From Isurus oxyrinchus (taxonomy: Eukaryota), in the NCBI GenBank assembly GCA_026770705.1, contig JANJGN010000010.1, forward strand, positions 89,404,001 through 89,468,000: DNA of 64,000 nucleotides, read 5' to 3'. Positions 30,401 through 45,400 of this stretch are shown in pieces. The notes beneath the pieces are model-generated. The model did no database searches. It saw nothing but the letters and a program-made list of their open reading frames with translations, and had not been told where the DNA came from. How positions within the stretch are numbered: the first letter of the stretch is position 1; each line of letters starts with the position of its first letter. The position numbers and the translations under genes are program-made.

Positions 30401-33400
30401 TTCTCTTGTGGCAAATGATTATGTCAGATATTTAATAATAGATACACTTACCGGGTGATAATATTTGTCCATTGGCTGTACAGGAGCATGTTGTTGTTTC
30501 TGTAGTAGTGGGAGTCACTGTAACTGTTGTTGTAGATTCTAGTGTAGTGCTGGGCGCTGTGGTGGTTTGACATTTTCCCGTGTACTTCAAAATTTCACAA
30601 CTCTTAGTACATAGAGTGAAATTACAGAGGCCGGATTTACCTGCAGAACTTACTATAGCCTGCCCTGGAAGAGAAATATCAGGAGAAGGTTTCAGTCATC
30701 TCATACCATTCTTCACTCAGATAACATGTTTACCTCTAGAAAAATGTATGGAGCTGACCAGTCTGGCATTAAGACAATTAAATGCTAAGAACAAGGCTAA
30801 ATTTTTACAATGAAAGAAGATTCCAAAGTTAAACTATCAACATGAGCAGCTAAATATTTCCTCAGCTCCGATCGCACGCATAAACCTCCTCGTTTGGAAA
30901 GTTAAATTTTTCTGCTGCTGTTGTGTTTGGTTTACAAAATGGGACAGAACAATGTTGAAACAGGTTAACTGGGTTTGTAAAGAGCAAATTGGATGCTGTA
31001 GAACGAGTCTACTGGTTGAAAATACTAAATTGAGCAAATCAGAAATTTGGGGACAGTGTTAAACTTTTTCCATCCGTACAACCAATATAATGTCTCTGCC
31101 TGAACGAACAATCATACGGACATATTCAGTGCAGCACAAAACTCTGATAACTGACTGACTAAATGAAGCAGTCAAAAGTGCTGAGCATTAGAAAGTTGCC
31201 CAATTTGTACGGACTTTCCAAACAGGCGAGACTTTTGCTGCAAATGCAGAATGAGAGTACGAACATTAAAGCTTGGACCTCGCTCGGTGATTCTCCATTG
31301 ACACAATGTTGCTTTCCTCATTTCAGTGGGACACAGGGCAACAAGTAGAGCACAGCAACCTGTGCGGAAACATTTAGTATCTTTAACCATTGTTGTGTGA
31401 ATGTGAATTTGAAATCTGGAATCATTATTTCAGATGTGCAAAGCATGAAGATGTCCACTTCTCCAAGGGCTGATTCTCTTGGTTGAAAAATAATGGAGAC
31501 GTCAAATCACATTTTGAATGGGACAGATGACAAATTTCAATACAAATAATCATGGGAACAGATGCCTAATTATTCAGAAGAACATCCACTTTGTGTCCAA
31601 GAATATGAAGGAGAGGTCTGGAACTTCACATGAACAAACTGTCTCAATTATTGCATACACTCATGCTGGATATTAGACATGATTGGCAGTAGTGTCTTGT
31701 GGCAAACGATTGTGCCAGATATTCAATAACTTATACACTTACCGGGTGATAATATTTGTCCATTGGCTGTACAGGAGCATGTTGTTGTTTCTGTACTAGT
31801 GGGAGTTACTGTTACTGTTGTTGTAGATTCTAGTGTAGTGCTGGGCGCTGTGGTGGTTTCACATTTTCCCGTGTACTTCAAAATTTCACAACTCTTAGTA
31901 CATAGAGTGAAATTACAGAGCCCAGATTTACCTGCAGAACTTACTATAGCCTGGCCTGGAAGACAAAAGTCAGGAAAAGGTTTCAGGCATCTCCTTCCAT
32001 TCATCACTCTGATATTACGTTTACCAACAAAAATCAATATATAGCTGACAGAGCCTCATATTTTGACATTTAAGAGCTAGGACCAACGCTGAAAGTTTAG
32101 AATAAAAGAAGATTCCACCTCTAGGTGAAAATCATGGATGTGGAAAATATGACGGCCAATATTAGAAGCTAAGTACTTCATGCACCCCGATTACAGGTCT
32201 AACTCTCCTCATTCCAGAATGTTAAATGATATTGCAATTGTTTGTGGTTGGTTCAAAAATGTGGACTGAACAATGTTGATACATGTTAAATGGGTTTCTA
32301 AAGAGCGAATTGGGGGCTGCAGAGAGCTTCTGTTTGAGCAAAACACAAAAGTGAGCAAAACTTAGAAATTTGGGGACAGTGTGAAAATTATGCCATTCGT
32401 TCAACCAATATAATATCTCTGCCTGAACGAACAATCATATGGACATATTCAGTGCAGAACAATACACTGATAACTGATTGACTAAATGAAGCAGTCAAAA
32501 GTGCTGATCATTAGAAAGTTGCCCAATTTGTACGGACTTTCCAAACAGGCGAGACTTTTTTCTGGAAATGCAGCATGAGAGTAAGAACATTAAAGCTTGG
32601 ACCTCACTCGGTGTCTCTCCATTGACACCATGTTGTTTTCCTCAAGTCCAGGGAGACATAGAGCAACAAGTAGAGCACAGCAACCTGTGTGAACATTTAG
32701 TATCTTTAATCTTTGGTGTGTGAATGTGAATTTGAAATCTGGAATCATTATTTCAGATGTGCAAAGCATGAAGATGTCCACTTCTCCAAGGGCTGATTCT
32801 CTCGGTTGAAAAATAATGGAGACGTCAAATCACATTTTGAATGGGACAGATGACAAATTTCAATACAAATAATCGTGGGAACAGATGCCTAATTATTCAG
32901 AAGAACATCCACTTTGTGTCCAAGAATGTGAAGGAGAGGTCTGGAACTTCACATCAACAAACTGTCTCAATTATTGCATACACTCATGCTTGATAATAGA
33001 TATGATTGACAGTATCCTCTTGTGGCAAATATTTGTGTCAGATATTTAATAACTGATACACTTACCGGGTGATAATATTTGTCCATTGGCTGTACAGGAG
33101 CATGTTGTTGTTTCTGTAGTAGTGGGAGTCACTGTAACTGTTGTTGTAGATTCTAGTGTAGTGCTGGGCGCTGTGGTGGTTTGACATTTTCCCGTGTACT
33201 TCAAAATTTCACAACTCTTAGTACATAGAGTGAAATTACAGAGGCCGGATTTACCTGCAGAACTTACTATAGCCTGCCCTGGAAGAGAAATATCAGGAGA
33301 AGGTTTCAGTCATCTCATACCATTCTTCACTCAGATAACATGTTTACCTCTAGAAAAATGTATGGAGCTGACCAGTCTGGCATTAAGACAATTAAATGCT

Positions 33401-36400
33401 AAGAACAAGGCTAAATTTTTACAATGAAAGAAGATTCCAAAGTTAAACTATCAACATGAGCAGCTAAATATTTCCTCAGCTCCGATCGCACGCATAAACC
33501 TCCTCGTTTGGAAAGTTAAATTTTTCTGCTGCTGTTGTGTTTGGTTTACAAAATGGGACAGAACAATGTTGAAACAGGTTAACTGGGTTTGTAAAGAGCA
33601 AATTGGATGCTGTAGAACGAGTCTACTGGTTGAAAATACTAAATTGAGCAAATCAGAAATTTGGGGACAGTGTTAAACTTTTTCCATCCGTACAACCAAT
33701 ATAATGTCTCTGCCTGAACGAACAATCATACAGACATATTCAGTGCAGCACAAAACTCTGATAACTGACTGACTAAATGAAGCAGTCAAAAGTGCTGAGC
33801 ATTAGAAAGTTGCCCAATTTGTACGGACTTTCCAAACAGGCGAGACTTTTGCTGCAAATGCAGAATGAGAGTACGAACATTAAAGCTTGGACCTCGCTCG
33901 GTGATTCTCCATTGACACAATGTTGCTTTCCTCATTTCAGTGGGACACAGGGCAACAAGTAGAGCACAGCAACCTGTGCGGAAACATTTAGTATCTTTAA
34001 CCATTGTTGTGTGAATGTGAATTTGAAATCTGGAATCATTATTTCAGATGTGCAAAGCATGAAGATGTCCACTTCTCCAAGGGCTGATTCTCTTGGTTGA
34101 AAAATAATGGAGACGTCAAATCACATTTTGAATGGGACAGATGACAAATTTCAATACAAATAATCATGGGAACAGATGCCTAATTATTCAGAAGAACATC
34201 CACTTTGTGTCCAAGAATATGAAGGAGAGGTCTGGAACTTCACATGAACAAACTGTCTCAATTATTGCATACACTCATGCTGGATATTAGACATGATTGG
34301 CAGTAGTGTCTTGTGGCAAACGATTGTGCCAGATATTCAATAACTTATACACTTACCGGGTGATAATATTTGTCCATTGGCTGTACAGGAGCATGTTGTT
34401 GTTTCTGTACTAGTGGGAGTTACTGTTACTGTTGTTGTAGATTCTAGTGTAGTGCTGGGCGCTGTGGTGGTTTCACATTTTCCCGTGTACTTCAAAATTT
34501 CACAACTCTTAGTACATAGAGTGAAATTACAGAGGCCGGATTTACCTGCAGAACTGACTATAGCCTGGCCTGGAAGACAAAAGTCAGGAAAAGGTTTCAG
34601 GCATCTCATTCCATTCTTCACTCTGATATTACGTTTACCAACAAAAATCAATATATATCTGACAGAGCCTCATATTTTGACATTTAAGAGCTAGGACCAA
34701 CGCTGAAAGTTTAGAACGAAAGAAGATTCCACCTCAAGGTGAAAGTCATGGATGTGGAAAATATAACGGCCAATATTAGAAGCTAAGTATTTCATGCGCC
34801 CCAATAACAGGTTTAACTCTCCTCATTCCAGAATGTTAAATGATATTGCAATTGTTTGTGGTTGGTTCACAAATGTGGACTGAACAATGTTGATACACCT
34901 TAAATGGGTTTCTAAAGAGTAAATTGGGGGCTGTAGAAAGAGTCCGTTTGAGCAAAACACAAAAGTGAGCAAAACAGAGGAATTTGGGGACAGTGCGAAA
35001 CTTGTGCCAACCGTACAACTGATATTATGTCTCTGCCTGAATGAACAATCATTTGGACATATTCAGTGCAGCACAAAACACTGATAACTGATTGACTTAA
35101 GGAAGCAATCAATAGCGCTGAGCGTTAGAAAATTGCCCAATTTGTGCAAACATTCCGAACAGCCGAGACATTTGCTGGAAATGCCGAATGAGAGTGCGAC
35201 CTTTACTGATTGGACCTCACTTGGCGTCTCTCCTTTGACACAATGTTGATTTTCAAAATCCAGTGGGACACAGGGCAACAAGTAGAGCACAGCAACCTGT
35301 GTGGAAACATTTAGTATCTTTAACCTTTGGTGTGTGAATGTGAATGTGAAATCTGGAATCATTGGTTCAGATGTGCAGAGCATGAAGATGTCCATTTCTC
35401 CAAGGGCTGATTCTCTCGGTTGAATATTTATGGAGACGTCAAATCACATTTTGAATGAGACGGACGACAAATTTCAATACAAATAATCCTGGGAACGGAT
35501 GCCTAATTATTCACTAGAACATCGAATTTGTATCCAACAACGTGAAGGAGAGGTCTGGAACTTCACATCAACAAACTGTGTCAATTATTGCATACAATCA
35601 TGCTGGATATTAGACGTGATTGACTGTATTCTCTTGTGGCAAATGATTATGTCAGATATTTAATAATAGATACACTTACCGGGTGATAATATTTGTCCAT
35701 TGGCTGTACAGGAGCATGTTGTTGTTTCTGTAGTAGTGGGAGTCACTGTAACTGTTGTTGTAGATTCTAGTGTAGTGCTGGGCGCTGTGGTGGTTTGACA
35801 TTTTCCCGTGTACTTCAAAATTTCACAACTCTTAGTACATAGAGTGAAATTACAGAGGCCGGATTTACCTGCAGAACTTACTATAGCCTGCCCTGGAAGA
35901 GAAATATCAGGAGAAGGTTTCAGTCATCTCATACCATTCTTCACTCAGATAACATGTTTACCTCTAGAAAAATGTATGGAGCTGACCAGTCTGGCATTAA
36001 GACAATTAAATGCTAAGAACAAGGCTAAATTTTTACAATGAAAGAAGATTCCAAAGTTAAACTATCAACATGAGCAGCTAAATATTTCCTCAGCTCCGAT
36101 CGCACGCATAAACCTCCTCGTTTGGAAAGTTAAATTTTTCTGCTGCTGTTGTGTTTGGTTTACAAAATGGGACAGAACAATGTTGAAACAGGTTAACTGG
36201 GTTTGTAAAGAGCAAATTGGATGCTGTAGAACGAGTCTACTGGTTGAAAATACTAAATTGAGCAAATCAGAAATTTGGGGACAGTGTTAAACTTTTTCCA
36301 TCCGTACAACCAATATAATGTCTCTGCCTGAACGAACAATCATACGGACATATTCAGTGCAGCACAAAACTCTGATAACTGACTGACTAAATGAAGCAGT

Positions 36401-39400
36401 CAAAAGTGCTGAGCATTAGAAAGTTGCCCAATTTGTACGGACTTTCCAAACAGGCGAGACTTTTGCTGCAAATGCAGAATGAGAGTACGAACATTAAAGC
36501 TTGGACCTCGCTCGGTGATTCTCCATTGACACAATGTTGCTTTCCTCATTTCAGTGGGACACAGGGCAACAAGTAGAGCACAGCAACCTGTGCGGAAACA
36601 TTTAGTATCTTTAACCATTGTTGTGTGAATGTGAATTTGAAATCTGGAATCATTATTTCAGATGTGCAAAGCATGAAGATGTCCACTTCTCCAAGGGCTG
36701 ATTCTCTTGGTTGAAAAATAATGGAGACGTCAAATCACATTTTGAATGGGACAGATGACAAATTTCAATACAAATAATCATGGGAACAGATGCCTAATTA
36801 TTCAGAAGAACATCCACTTTGTGTCCAAGAATATGAAGGAGAGGTCTGGAACTTCACATGAACAAACTGTCTCAATTATTGCATACACTCATGCTGGATA
36901 TTAGACATGATTGGCAGTAGTGTCTTGTGGCAAACGATTGTGCCAGATATTCAATAACTTATACACTTACCGGGTGATAATATTTGTCCATTGGCTGTAC
37001 AGGAGCATGTTGTTGTTTCTGTACTAGTGGGAGTTACTGTTACTGTTGTTGTAGATTCTAGTGTAGTGCTGGGCGCTGTGGTGGTTTCACATTTTCCCGT
37101 GTACTTCAAAATTTCACAACTCTTAGTACATAGAGTGAAATTACAGAGCCCAGATTTACCTGCAGAACTTACTATAGCCTGGCCTGGAAGACAAAAGTCA
37201 GGAAAAGGTTTCAGGCATCTCCTTCCATTCATCACTCTGATATTACGTTTACCAACAAAAATCAATATATAGCTGACAGAGCCTCATATTTTGACATTTA
37301 AGAGCTAACACCAACGCTGAAAGTTTAGAATAAAAGAAGATTCCACCTCAAGGTGAAAGTCATGGATGTGGAAAATATGACGGCCAATATTAGAAGCTAA
37401 GTACTTCATGCACCCCGATTACAGGTCTAACTCTCCTCATTCCAGAATGTTAAATGATATTGCAATTGTTTGTGGTTGGTTCAAAAATGTGGACTGAACA
37501 ATGTTGATACATGTTAAATGGGTTTCTAAAGAGCGAATTGGGGGCTGCAGAGAGCTTCTGTTTGAGCAAAACACAAAAGTGAGCAAAACTTAGAAATTTG
37601 GGGACAGTGTGAAAATTATGCCATTCGTTCAACCAATATAATATCTCTGCCTGAACGAACAATCATATGGACATATTCAGTGCAGAACAATACACTGATA
37701 ACTGATTGACTAAATGAAGCAGTCAAAAGTGCTGATCATTAGAAAGTTGCCCAATTTGTACGGACTTTCCAAACAGGCGAGACTTTTTTCTGGAAATGCA
37801 GCATGAGAGTAAGAACATTAAAGCTTGGACCTCACTCGGTGTCTCTCCATTGACACCATGTTGTTTTCCTCAAGTCCAGGGAGACATAGAGCAACAAGTA
37901 GAGCACAGCAACCTGTGTGAACATTTAGTATCTTTAATCTTTGGTGTGTGAATGTGAATTTGAAATCTGGAATCATTATTTCAGATGTGCAAAGCATGAA
38001 GATGTCCACTTCTCCAAGGGCTGATTCTCTCGGTTGAAAAATAATGGAGACGTCAAATCACATTTTGAATGGGACAGATGACAAATTTCAATACAAATAA
38101 TCGTGGGAACAGATGCCTAATTATTCAGAAGAACATCCACTTTGTGTCCAAGAATGTGAAGGAGAGGTCTGGAACTTCACATCAACAAACTGTCTCAATT
38201 ATTGCATACACTCATGCTTGATAATAGATATGATTGACAGTATCCTCTTGTGGCAAATATTTGTGTCAGATATTTAATAACTGATACACTTACCGGGTGA
38301 TAATATTTGTCCATTGGCTGTACAGGAGCATGTTGTTGTTTCTGTAGTAGTGGGAGTCACTGTAACTGTTGTTGTAGATTCTAGTGTAGTGCTGGGCGCT
38401 GTGGTGGTTTGACATTTTCCCGTGTACTTCAAAATTTCACAACTCTTAGTACATAGAGTGAAATTACAGAGGCCGGATTTACCTGCAGAACTTACTATAG
38501 CCTGCCCTGGAAGAGAAATATCAGGAGAAGGTTTCAGTCATCTCATACCATTCTTCACTCAGATAACATGTTTACCTCTAGAAAAATGTATGGAGCTGAC
38601 CAGTCTGGCATTAAGACAATTAAATGCTAAGAACAAGGCTAAATTTTTACAATGAAAGAAGATTCCAAAGTTAAACTATCAACATGAGCAGCTAAATATT
38701 TCCTCAGCTCCGATCGCACGCATAAACCTCCTCGTTTGGAAAGTTAAATTTTTCTGCTGCTGTTGTGTTTGGTTTACAAAATGGGACAGAACAATGTTGA
38801 AACAGGTTAACTGGGTTTGTAAAGAGCAAATTGGATGCTGTAGAACGAGTCTACTGGTTGAAAATACTAAATTGAGCAAATCAGAAATTTGGGGACAGTG
38901 TTAATCTTTTTCCATCCGTACAACCAATATAATGTCTCTGCCTGAACGAACAATCATACAGACATATTCAGTGCAGCACAAAACTCTGATAACTGACTGA
39001 CTAAATGAAGCAGTCAAAAGTGCTGAGCATTAGAAAGTTGCCCAATTTGTACGGACTTTCCAAACAGGCGAGACTTTTGCTGCAAATGCAGAATGAGAGT
39101 ACGAACATTAAAGCTTGGACCTCGCTCGGTGATTCTCCATTGACACAATGTTGCTTTCCTCATTTCAGTGGGACACAGGGCAACAAGTAGAGCACAGCAA
39201 CCTGTGCGGAAACATTTAGTATCTTTAACCATTGTTGTGTGAATGTGAATTTGAAATCTGGAATCATTATTTCAGATGTGCAAAGCATGAAGATGTCCAC
39301 TTCTCCAAGGGCTGATTCTCTTGGTTGAAAAATAATGGAGACGTCAAATCACATTTTGAATGGGACAGATGACAAATTTCAATACAAATAATCATGGGAA

Positions 39401-42400
39401 CAGATGCCTAATTATTCAGAAGAACATCCACTTTGTGTCCAAGAATATGAAGGAGAGGTCTGGAACTTCACATGAACAAACTGTCTCAATTATTGCATAC
39501 ACTCATGCTGGATATTAGACATGATTGGCAGTAGTGTCTTGTGGCAAACGATTGTGCCAGATATTCAATAACTTATACACTTACCGGGTGATAATATTTG
39601 TCCATTGGCTGTACAGGAGCATGTTGTTGTTTCTGTACTAGTGGGAGTTACTGTTACTGTTGTTGTAGATTCTAGTGTAGTGCTGGGCGCTGTGGTGGTT
39701 TCACATTTTCCCGTGTACTTCAAAATTTCACAACTCTTAGTACATAGAGTGAAATTACAGAGGCCGGATTTACCTGCAGAACTGACTATAGCCTGGCCTG
39801 GAAGACAAAAGTCAGGAAAAGGTTTCAGGCATCTCATTCCATTCTTCACTCTGATATTACGTTTACCAACAAAAATCAATATATATCTGACAGAGCCTCA
39901 TATTTTGACATTTAAGAGCTAGGACCAACGCTGAAAGTTTAGAACGAAAGAAGATTCCACCTCAAGGTGAAAGTCATGGATGTGGAAAATATAACGGCCA
40001 ATATTAGAAGCTAAGTATTTCATGCGCCCCAATAACAGGTTTAACTCTCCTCATTCCAGAATGTTAAATGATATTGCAATTGTTTGTGGTTGGTTCACAA
40101 ATGTGGACTGAACAATGTTGATACACCTTAAATGGGTTTCTAAAGAGTAAATTGGGGGCTGTAGAAAGAGTCCGTTTGAGCAAAACACAAAAGTGAGCAA
40201 AACAGAGGAATTTGGGGACAGTGCGAAACTTGTGCCAACCGTACAACTGATATTATGTCTCTGCCTGAATGAACAATCATTTGGACATATTCAGTGCAGC
40301 ACAAAACACTGATAACTGATTGACTTAAGGAAGCAATCAATAGCGCTGAGCGTTAGAAAATTGCCCAATTTGTGCAAACATTCCGAACAGCCGAGACATT
40401 TGCTGGAAATGCCGAATGAGAGTGCGACCTTTACTGATTGGACCTCACTTGGCGTCTCTCCTTTGACACAATGTTGATTTTCAAAATCCAGTGGGACACA
40501 GGGCAACAAGTAGAGCACAGCAACCTGTGTGGAAACATTTAGTATCTTTAACCTTTGGTGTGTGAATGTGAATGTGAAATCTGGAATCATTGGTTCAGAT
40601 GTGCAGAGCATGAAGATGTCCATTTCTCCAAGGGCTGATTCTCTCGGTTGAATATTTATGGAGACGTCAAATCACATTTTGAATGAGACGGACGACAAAT
40701 TTCAATACAAATAATCCTGGGAACGGATGCCTAATTATTCACTAGAACATCGAATTTGTATCCAACAACGTGAAGGAGAGGTCTGGAACTTCACATCAAC
40801 AAACTGTGTCAATTATTGCATACAATCATGCTGGATATTAGACGTGATTGACTGTATTCTCTTGTGGCAAATGATTATGTCAGATATTTAATAATAGATA
40901 CACTTACCGGGTGATAATATTTGTCCATTGGCTGTACAGGAGCATGTTGTTGTTTCTGTAGTAGTGGGAGTCACTGTAACTGTTGTTGTAGATTCTAGTG
41001 TAGTGCTGGGCGCTGTGGTGGTTTGACATTTTCCCGTGTACTTCAAAATTTCACAACTCTTAGTACATAGAGTGAAATTACAGAGGCCGGATTTACCTGC
41101 AGAACTTACTATAGCCTGCCCTGGAAGAGAAATATCAGGAGAAGGTTTCAGTCATCTCATACCATTCTTCACTCAGATAACATGTTTACCTCTAGAAAAA
41201 TGTATGGAGCTGACCAGTCTGGCATTAAGACAATTAAATGCTAAGAACAAGGCTAAATTTTTACAATGAAAGAAGATTCCAAAGTTAAACTATCAACATG
41301 AGCAGCTAAATATTTCCTCAGCTCCGATCGCACGCATAAACCTCCTCGTTTGGAAAGTTAAATTTTTCTGCTGCTGTTGTGTTTGGTTTACAAAATGGGA
41401 CAGAACAATGTTGAAACAGGTTAACTGGGTTTGTAAAGAGCAAATTGGATGCTGTAGAACGAGTCTACTGGTTGAAAATACTAAATTGAGCAAATCAGAA
41501 ATTTGGGGACAGTGTTAAACTTTTTCCATCCGTACAACCAATATAATGTCTCTGCCTGAACGAACAATCATACGGACATATTCAGTGCAGCACAAAACTC
41601 TGATAACTGACTGACTAAATGAAGCAGTCAAAAGTGCTGAGCATTAGAAAGTTGCCCAATTTGTACGGACTTTCCAAACAGGCGAGACTTTTGCTGCAAA
41701 TGCAGAATGAGAGTACGAACATTAAAGCTTGGACCTCGCTCGGTGATTCTCCATTGACACAATGTTGCTTTCCTCATTTCAGTGGGACACAGGGCAACAA
41801 GTAGAGCACAGCAACCTGTGCGGAAACATTTAGTATCTTTAACCATTGTTGTGTGAATGTGAATTTGAAATCTGGAATCATTATTTCAGATGTGCAAAGC
41901 ATGAAGATGTCCACTTCTCCAAGGGCTGATTCTCTTGGTTGAAAAATAATGGAGACGTCAAATCACATTTTGAATGGGACAGATGACAAATTTCAATACA
42001 AATAATCATGGGAACAGATGCCTAATTATTCAGAAGAACATCCACTTTGTGTCCAAGAATATGAAGGAGAGGTCTGGAACTTCACATGAACAAACTGTCT
42101 CAATTATTGCATACACTCATGCTGGATATTAGACATGATTGGCAGTAGTGTCTTGTGGCAAACGATTGTGCCAGATATTCAATAACTTATACACTTACCG
42201 GGTGATAATATTTGTCCATTGGCTGTACAGGAGCATGTTGTTGTTTCTGTACTAGTGGGAGTTACTGTTACTGTTGTTGTAGATTCTAGTGTAGTGCTGG
42301 GCGCTGTGGTGGTTTCACATTTTCCCGTGTACTTCAAAATTTCACAACTCTTAGTACATAGAGTGAAATTACAGAGCCCAGATTTACCTGCAGAACTTAC

Positions 42401-45400
42401 TATAGCCTGGCCTGGAAGACAAAAGTCAGGAAAAGGTTTCAGGCATCTCCTTCCATTCATCACTCTGATATTACGTTTACCAACAAAAATCAATATATAG
42501 CTGACAGAGCCTCATATTTTGACATTTAAGAGCTAACACCAACGCTGAAAGTTTAGAATAAAAGAAGATTCCACCTCAAGGTGAAAGTCATGGATGTGGA
42601 AAATATGACGGCCAATATTAGAAGCTAAGTACTTCATGCACCCCGATTACAGGTCTAACTCTCCTCATTCCAGAATGTTAAATGATATTGCAATTGTTTG
42701 TGGTTGGTTCAAAAATGTGGACTGAACAATGTTGATACATGTTAAATGGGTTTCTAAAGAGCGAATTGGGGGCTGCAGAGAGCTTCTGTTTGAGCAAAAC
42801 ACAAAAGTGAGCAAAACTTAGAAATTTGGGGACAGTGTGAAAATTATGCCATTCGTTCAACCAATATAATATCTCTGCCTGAACGAACAATCATATGGAC
42901 ATATTCAGTGCAGAACAATACACTGATAACTGATTGACTAAATGAAGCAGTCAAAAGTGCTGATCATTAGAAAGTTGCCCAATTTGTACGGACTTTCCAA
43001 ACAGGCGAGACTTTTTTCTGGAAATGCAGCATGAGAGTAAGAACATTAAAGCTTGGACCTCACTCGGTGTCTCTCCATTGACACCATGTTGTTTTCCTCA
43101 AGTCCAGGGAGACATAGAGCAACAAGTAGAGCACAGCAACCTGTGTGAACATTTAGTATCTTTAATCTTTGGTGTGTGAATGTGAATTTGAAATCTGGAA
43201 TCATTATTTCAGATGTGCAAAGCATGAAGATGTCCACTTCTCCAAGGGCTGATTCTCTCGGTTGAAAAATAATGGAGACGTCAAATCACATTTTGAATGG
43301 GACAGATGACAAATTTCAATACAAATAATCGTGGGAACAGATGCCTAATTATTCAGAAGAACATCCACTTTGTGTCCAAGAATGTGAAGGAGAGGTCTGG
43401 AACTTCACATCAACAAACTGTCTCAATTATTGCATACACTCATGCTTGATAATAGATATAATTGACAGTATCCTCTTGTGGCAAATATTTGTGTCAGATA
43501 TTTAATAACTGATACACTTACCGGGTGATAATATTTGTCCATTGGCTGTACAGGAGCATGTTGTTGTTTCTGTAGTAGTGGGAGTCACTGTAACTGTTGT
43601 TGTAGATTCTAGTGTAGTGCTGGGCGCTGTGGTGGTTTGACATTTTCCCGTGTACTTCAAAATTTCACAACTCTTAGTACATAGAGTGAAATTACAGAGG
43701 CCGGATTTACCTGCAGAACTTACTATAGCCTGCCCTGGAAGAGAAATATCAGGAGAAGGTTTCAGTCATCTCATACCATTCTTCACTCAGATAACATGTT
43801 TACCTCTAGAAAAATGTATGGAGCTGACCAGTCTGGCATTAAGACAATTAAATGCTAAGAACAAGGCTAAATTTTTACAATGAAAGAAGATTCCAAAGTT
43901 AAACTATCAACATGAGCAGCTAAATATTTCCTCAGCTCCGATCGCACGCATAAACCTCCTCGTTTGGAAAGTTAAATTTTTCTGCTGCTGTTGTGTTTGG
44001 TTTACAAAATGGGACAGAACAATGTTGAAACAGGTTAACTGGGTTTGTAAAGAGCAAATTGGATGCTGTAGAACGAGTTTACTGGTTGAAAATACTAAAT
44101 TGAGCAAATCAGAAATTTGGGGACAGTGTTAAACTTTTTCCATCCGTACAACCAATATAATGTCTCTGCCTGAACGAACAATCATACAGACATATTCAGT
44201 GCAGCACAAAACTCTGATAACTGACTGACTAAATGAAGCAGTCAAAAGTGCTGAGCATTAGAAAGTTGCCCAATTTGTACGGACTTTCCAAACAGGCGAG
44301 ACTTTTGCTGCAAATGCAGAATGAGAGTACGAACATTAAAGCTTGGACCTCGCTCGGTGATTCTCCATTGACACAATGTTGCTTTCCTCATTTCAGTGGG
44401 ACACAGGGCAACAAGTAGAGCACAGCAACCTGTGCGGAAACATTCAGTATCTTTAACCATTGTTGTGTGAATGTGAGTGTGTAATCTGGAATCATTATTT
44501 CAGATGTGCAGAGCATGAAGATATCCATTTCTCCAAGGCAGGCGTCTCTCGGTTGAAAACTTATGGAGATGTCAAATCACATTTTGAATACGACAGATGA
44601 CAGATTTCAATACAAATAATCCTGGGAACAGATGCCTAATTATTCAGAAGAACATCCACTTTGTGTCCAAGAATATGAAGGAGAGGTCTGGAACTTCACA
44701 TCAACAAACTGTGTCAATTATTGCATACACTCATGCTGGATATTAGACATGAATGGCAGTAGTGTCTTGTGGCAAACGATTGTGCCAGATATTCAATAAC
44801 TTATACACTTACCGGGTGATAATATTTGTCCACTGGCTGTACAGGAGCATGTTGTTGTTTCTGTAGTAGTGGGAGTCACTGTTACTGTTGTTGTAGATTC
44901 TAGTGTAGTGCTGGGCGCTGTGGTGGTTTCACATTTTCCCGTGTACTTCAAAATTTCACAACTCTTAGTACATAGAGTGAAATTACAGAGCCCAGATTTA
45001 CCTGCAGAACTGACTATAGCCTGGCCTGGAAGACAAAAGTCAGGAAAAGGTTTCAGGCATCCCCTTCCATTGATCCTTCTAATATTACGCTTACCAACAA
45101 AAATCAATATATAGCTGACAGAGCCTCATATTTTGACATTTAAGAGCTAACACCAATGCTGAAAGTTTAGAATAAAAGAAGATTCCACCTCAAGGTGAAA
45201 GTCATGGATGTGGAAAATATGACGGCCAATATTAGAAGCTAAGTACTTCATGCACCCCGATTACAGGTCTAACTCTCCTCATTCCAGAATGTTAAATGAT
45301 ATTGCAATTGTTTGTGTTTGGTTTAAAAATGTGGACTGAACAATGTTGATACATGTTAAATGGGTTTCTAAAGAGCGAATTGGGGGCTGCAGAGAGCTTC